From Eledone cirrhosa (Eukaryota): DNA of 64,000 nt. The position numbers and the translations under genes are program-made. The DNA is taken from positions 15,004,001 to 15,068,000 of the forward strand of contig OZ024742.1 in assembly GCA_964016885.1 (NCBI GenBank). The letters are read 5' to 3'. Of the stretch, positions 56,901 through 64,000 are shown one piece after another; position 1 is the first letter of the stretch, and each line of letters begins with the position of its first letter. A model generated the notes under the pieces. It searched no databases, was not told the origin of the DNA, and was given only the letters and a program-made list of their open reading frames with translations.

Positions 56901-59900
56901 TAAATTACCATATATATATATATTGGTGAGGTGGCACCACTTAACTCAAACTAATCATATCTAAATTACCATATATATATATTGGTGAGGTGGTACCACT
57001 TAGCTCAAACTAATCACATCTAAATTACCATATATATTGGTGAGGTGGCACCACTTAGCTCAAACTAATCACATCTAAATTACCATATATATTAGTGAGG
57101 TGCCACCACTTAGCTCAATCTCATCATATCTAAATTACCATATATATTGGTGAGGTGGCACCACTTAACTCAAACTAATCATATCTAAATTACCATATAT
57201 ATATATTGGTGTGGTGGCACCACTAAGCTCAAACTAATCATATCTAAATTACCATATATATATATTGGTGAGGTGGCACCACTTAGCTCAACCTAATCAC
57301 ATCTAAATTACCATATATATTGGTGAGGTGGCACCACTTAGCTCAAACTAATCATATCTAAATTACCATATATATTGGTGAGGTAGCACCACTTAGCTCA
57401 AACTAATCATATCTAAATTACCATATATATTGGTGAGGTGGCACCACTTAGCTCAAACTAATCATATCTAAATTACCATATATATATATATTGGTGAGGT
57501 GGCAGCACTTAGCTCAAACTAATCATATCTAAATTACCATATATATTGGTGAGGTGGCACCACTTAGCTCAAACTAATCATATCTAAATTACTATATATA
57601 TTGGTGAGGTGGCACCACTTAGCTCAAACTAATCATATCTAAATTACCATATATATATATATTGGTGAGGTGGCACCACTTAGCTCAAACTAATCATATC
57701 TAAATTACCATATATATTGGTGAGGTGGCACCACTTAGCTCAAACTAATCATATCTAAATTACCATATATATATATTGGTGAGGTGGTACCACTTAGCTC
57801 AAACTAATCACATCTAAATTACCATATATATTGGTGAGGTGGTACCACTTAGCTCAAACTAATCACATCTAAATTACCATATATATTGGTGAGGTGGCAC
57901 CACTTAACTCAAACTAATCATATCTAAATTACCATATATATTGGTGAGGTGGCACCACTTAGCTCAAACTAATCATATCTAAATTACCATATATATATAT
58001 ATTGGTGAGGTGGCAGCACTTAGCTCAAACTAATCATATCTAAATTACCATATATATATATATTGGTGAGGTGGCACCACTTAGCTCAAACTAATCATAT
58101 CTAAATTACCATATATATTGGTGAGGTGGCACCACTTAGCTCAAACTAATCATATCTAAATTACCATATATATTGGTGAGGTGGCACCACTTAGTTCAAA
58201 CTAATCATATCTAAATTACCATATATATATATTGGTGAGGTGGTACCACTTAGCTCAAACTAATCACATCTAAATTACCATATATATTGGTGAGGTGGCA
58301 CCACTTAACTCAAACTAATCATATCTAAATTACCATATATATTGGTGAGGTGGCACCACTTAGCTCAAACTAATCATATCTAAATTACCATATATATATA
58401 TATTGGTGAGGTGGCACCACTTAGCTCAAACTAATCACATCTAAATTACCATATATATATATTGGTGAGGTGGTACCACTTAGCTCAAACTAATCACATC
58501 TAAATTACCAGATATATATATTGGTGAGGTGGCACCACTTAGCTCAAACTAATCATATCTAAATTACCATATATATATATTGGTGAGGTGGCACCACTTA
58601 GCTCAAACTAATCATATCTAAATTACCATATATATTGGTGAGGTGGCACCACTTAGCTCAAACTAATCACATCTAAATTACCATATATATATATTGGTGA
58701 GGTGGTACCACTTAGCTCAAACTAATCATATCTAAATTACCATATATATTGGTGAGGTGGCACCACTTAGCTCAAACTAATCACATCTAAATTACCATAT
58801 ATATATATTGGTGAGGTGGTACCACTTAGCTCAAACTAATCATATCTAAATTACCATATATATTGGTGAGGTGGCACCACTTAGCTCAAACTAATCACAT
58901 CTAAATTACCATATATATATATTGGTGAGGTGGTACCACTTAGCTCAAACTAATCATATCTAAATTACCATATATATATATTGGTGAGGTGGCACCACTT
59001 AGCTCAAACTAATCATATCTAAATTACCATATACATATATTGGTGAGGTGGCACCACTTAGCTCAAACTAATCATATCTAAATATACATATATATTGGTG
59101 AGGTGGCACCACTTAGCTCAAACTAATCATATCTAAATTACCATATATATTGGTGAGGTGGCACCACTTAGCTCAAACTAATCATATCTAAATTACCATA
59201 TATATATATATTGGTGAGGTGGCACCACTTAGCTCAAACTAATCATATCTAAATTACCATATATATATATATTGGTGAGGTGGCACCACTAAGCTGAAAC
59301 TAATCATATCTAAATTACCATATATATATATTGGTGAGGTGGCACCACTTAGTTCAAACTAATCATATCTAAATTACCATATATATATATTGGTGAGGTG
59401 GCACCACTTAGCTCAAACTAATCATATCTAAATTACCATATATATATATTGGTGAGGTGGCACCACTTAGCTCAAACTAATCACATCTAAATTACCATAT
59501 ATATTGGTGAGGTGGCACCACTTAGCTCAAACTAATCATATCTAAATTACCATATATATTGGTGAGGTGGCACCACTTAGCTCAAACTAATCACATCTAA
59601 ATTACCATATATATTGGTGAGGTGGCACCACTTAGCTCAATCTCATCATATCTAAATTACCATATATATTGGTGAGGTGGCACCACTTAACTCAAACTAA
59701 TCATATCTAAATTACCATATATATATATTTGTGAGGTGGCACCACTTAGCTCAAACTAATCATATCTAAATTACTATATATATTGGTGAGGTGGCACCAC
59801 TTAGCTCAAACTAATCATATCTAAATTACCATATATATATATATTGGTGAGGTGGCACCACTTAGCTCAAACTAATCATATCTAAATTACCATATATATT

Positions 59901-62900
59901 GGTGAGGTGGCACCACTTAGCTCAAACTAATCATATCTAAATTACCATATATATATATTGGTGAGGTGGTACCACTTAGCTCAAACTAATCACATCTAAA
60001 TTACCATATATATTGGTGAGGTGGTACCACTTAGCTCAAACTAATCACATCTAAATTACCATATATATTGGTGAGGTGGCACCACTTAACTCAAACTAAT
60101 CATATCTAAATTACCATATATATTGGTGAGGTGGCACCACTTAGCTCAAACTAATCATATCTAAATTACCATATATATATATATTGGTGAGGTGGCAGCA
60201 CTTAGCTCAAACTAATCATATCTAAATTACCATATATATATATATTGGTGAGGTGGCACCACTTAGCTCAAACTAATCATATCTAAATTACCATATATAT
60301 TGGTGAGGTGGCACCACTTAGCTCAAACTAATCATATCTAAATTACCATATATATTGGTGAGGTGGCACCACTTAGTTCAAACTAATCATATCTAAATTA
60401 CCATATATATATATTGGTGAGGTGGTACCACTTAGCTCAAACTAATCACATCTAAATTACCATATATATTGGTGAGGTGGCACCACTTAACTCAAACTAA
60501 TCATATCTAAATTACCATATATATTGGTGAGGTGGCACCACTTAGCTCAAACTAATCATATCTAAATTACCATATATATATATATTGGTGAGGTGGCACC
60601 ACTTAGCTCAAACTAATCACATCTAAATTACCATATATATATATTGGTGAGGTGGTACCACTTAGCTCAAACTAATCACATCTAAATTACCAGATATATA
60701 TATTGGTGAGGTGGCACCACTTAGCTCAAACTAATCATATCTAAATTACCATATATATATATTGGTGAGGTGGCACCACTTAGCTCAAACTAATCATATC
60801 TAAATTACCATATATATTGGTGAGGTGGCACCACTTAGCTCAAACTAATCACATCTAAATTACCATATATATATATTGGTGAGGTGGTACCACTTAGCTC
60901 AAACTAATCATATCTAAATTACCATATATATTGGTGAGGTGGCACCACTTAGCTCAAACTAATCACATCTAAATTACCATATATATATATTGGTGAGGTG
61001 GTACCACTTAGCTCAAACTAATCATATCTAAATTACCATATATATTGGTGAGGTGGCACCACTTAGCTCAAACTAATCACATCTAAATTACCATATATAT
61101 ATATTGGTGAGGTGGTACCACTTAGCTCAAACTAATCATATCTAAATTACCATATATATATATTGGTGAGGTGGCACCACTTAGCTCAAACTAATCATAT
61201 CTAAATTACCATATACATATATTGGTGAGGTGGCACCACTTAGCTCAAACTAATCATATCTAAATATACATATATATTGGTGAGGTGGCACCACTTAGCT
61301 CAAACTAATCATATCTAAATTACCATATATATTGGTGAGGTGGCACCACTTAGCTCAAACTAATCATATCTAAATTACCATATATATATATATTGGTGAG
61401 GTGGCACCACTTAGCTCAAACTAATCATATCTAAATTACCATATATATATATATTGGTGAGGTGGCACCACTAAGCTGAAACTAATCATATCTAAATTAC
61501 CATATATATATATTGGTGAGGTGGCACCACTTAGTTCAAACTAATCATATCTAAATTACCATATATATATATTGGTGAGGTGGCACCACTTAGCTCAAAC
61601 TAATCATATCTAAATTACCATATATATATATTGGTGAGGTGGCACCACTTAGCTCAAACTAATCACATCTAAATTACCATATATATTGGTGAGGTGGCAC
61701 CACTTAGCTCAAACTAATCATATCTAAATTACCATATATATTGGTGAGGTGGCACCACTTAGCTCAAACTAATCACATCTAAATTACCATATATATTGGT
61801 GAGGTGGCACCACTTAGCTCAATCTCATCATATCTAAATTACCATATATATTGGTGAGGTGGCACCACTTAACTCAAACTAATCATATCTAAATTACCAT
61901 ATATATATATTTGTGAGGTGGCACCACTTAGCTCAAACTAATCATATCTAAATTACCATATATATATATTGGTGAGGTGGCACCACTTAGCTCAAACTAA
62001 TCATATCTAAATTACCATATATATATATATTGGTGAGGTGGCACCACTTAGCTCAAACTAATCATATCTAAATTACCATATATATTGGTGAGGTGGCACC
62101 ACTTAGCTCAAACTAATCATATCTAAATTACCATATATATATATTGGTGAGGTGGTACCACTTAGCTCAAATTAATCACATCTAAATTACCATATATATT
62201 GGTGAGGTGGTACCACTTAGCTCAAACTAATCACATCTAAATTACCATATATATTGGTGAGGTGGCACCACTTAACTCAAACTAATCATATCTAAATTAC
62301 CATATATATTGGTGAGGTGGCACCACTTAGCTCAAACTAATCATATCTAAATTACCATATATATATATATTGGTGAGGTAGCACCACTTAACTCAAACTA
62401 ATCATATCTAAATTACCATATATATATATTGGTGAGGTGGTACCACTTAGCTCAAACTAATCACATCTAAATTACCATATATATTGGTGAGGTGGCACCA
62501 CTTAGCTCAAACTAATCATATCTAAATTACCATATATATTGGTGAGGTGGCACTACTTAGCTCAAACTAATCACATCTAAATTACCATATATATATATAT
62601 TGGTGAGGTGGTACCACTTAGCTCAAACTAATCACATCTAAATTACCATATATATATATTGGTGAGGTGGTACCACTTAGCTCAAACTAATCATATCTAA
62701 ATTACCATATATATTGGTGAGGTGGCACCACTTAGCTCAAACTAATCACATCTAAATTACCATATATATATATTGGTGAGGTGGTACCACTTAGCTCAAA
62801 CTAATCATATCTAAATTACCATATATATATATTGGTGAGGTTGCACCACTTAGCTCAAACTAATCATATCTAAATTACCATATACATATATTGGTGAGGT

Positions 62901-64000
62901 GGCACCACTTAGCTCAAACTAATTATATCTAAATTACCATATATATTGGTGAGGTGGCACCACTTAGCTCAAACTAATCATATCTAAATTACCATATATA
63001 TATATTGGTGAGGTGGCACCACTAAGCTGAAACTAATCATATCTAAATTACCATATATATATATTGGTGAGGTGGCACCACTTAGCTCAAACTAATCATA
63101 TCTAAATTACCATATATATATATTGGTGAGGTGGCACCACTTAGCTCAAACTAATCATATCTAAATTACCATATATATGGCCATCCAAACCCATGCAAGC
63201 GTGGAACACGGACGTCAAACGATGATGATGATGATGATGATGATTGGTGAGGTGGCACCACTTAGCTCAAACTAATCATATCTAAATTACCATATATATA
63301 TATATATTGGTGAGGTGGCACCACTAAGCTGAAACTAATCATATCTAAATTACCATATATATATATTGGTGAGGTGGCACCACTTAGTTCAAACTAATCA
63401 TATCTAAATTACCATATATATATATTGGTGAGGTGGCACCACTTAGCTCAAACTAATCATATCTAAATTACCATATATATATATTGGTGAGGTGGCACCA
63501 CTTAACTCAAACTAAACATATCTAAATTACTATATATATATATTGGTGAGGTGGCACCACTTAGCTCAAACTAACCACATCTAAATTACCATATATATTG
63601 GTGAGGTGGCACCACTTAGCTCAATCTCATCATATCTAAATTACCATATATATTGGTGAGGTGGCACCACTTAACTCAAACTAATCATATCTAAATTACC
63701 ATATATATATATTGGTGAGGTGGCACCACTTAGCTCAAACTAATCATATCTAAATTACCATATATATATATTGGTGAGGTGGCACCACTTAGCTCAAACT
63801 AATCATATCTAAATTACCATATATATATATTGGTGAGGTGGCACCACTTAGCTCAAACTAATCATATCTAAATTACCATATATATTGGTGAGGTGGCACC
63901 ACTTAGCTCAAACTAATCATATCTAAATTACCATATATATTGGTGAGGTGGCACCACTTAGCTGAAACTAATCATATCTAAATTACCATATATATATATT

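Larger units (their letters stand above)
13357..64000. repeat. Large satellite, 55-65-bp monomer TTGGTGAGGTGGCACCACTTAGCTCAAACTAATCATATCTAAATTACCA(TA)n, roughly 800-850 units, open at the right edge
   Basis: Directly visible. Monomer length varies in 2-bp steps through the (TA)n tract. All copies are head-to-tail in one orientation. Confidence 0.99.

Noticed and set aside
13357-64000. CRISPR-like array (palindromic repeats with occasional inserts)
   Set aside because: There are no unique spacers between repeats, the inserts are repeated retroelement pieces, no cas genes are present, and the context is a spliced eukaryotic gene.
1-64000. Hammerhead-ribozyme (retrozyme-type) satellites
   Set aside because: I found no CTGANGA...GAAA catalytic core on either strand of the monomers by eye; an Infernal/Rfam scan would be needed to confirm this.

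Overview
Eukaryotic (metazoan) genomic DNA. The SINE and RTE repeat types resemble those I recall from octopus-like cephalopods, but the organism is an inference. About 92% of the window is tandem satellite: a 22-bp satellite at 1-7937 and a 55-65-bp (TA)n-containing satellite from ~13357 to the window end. Between them is a ~5.4-kb island holding two spliced plus-strand exons (9462-9627 and 11706-11861) that encode the ACID/PTOV domain of Mediator subunit MED25, together with RTE and CR1-like LINE fragments, tRNA-derived SINEs and three minisatellites. Both satellites are therefore probably intronic. The large satellite records three independent retroelement insertions: an internal LINE ORF2 fragment with an 11-bp TSD (2 copies), a 61-bp RTE 3' stub amplified to 21 copies, and one young full-length SINE that is inverted relative to an upstream copy. 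It also shows kb-scale higher-order duplications. No prokaryotic genes or CRISPR arrays are present, and most long ORFs in the track are repeat artefacts.
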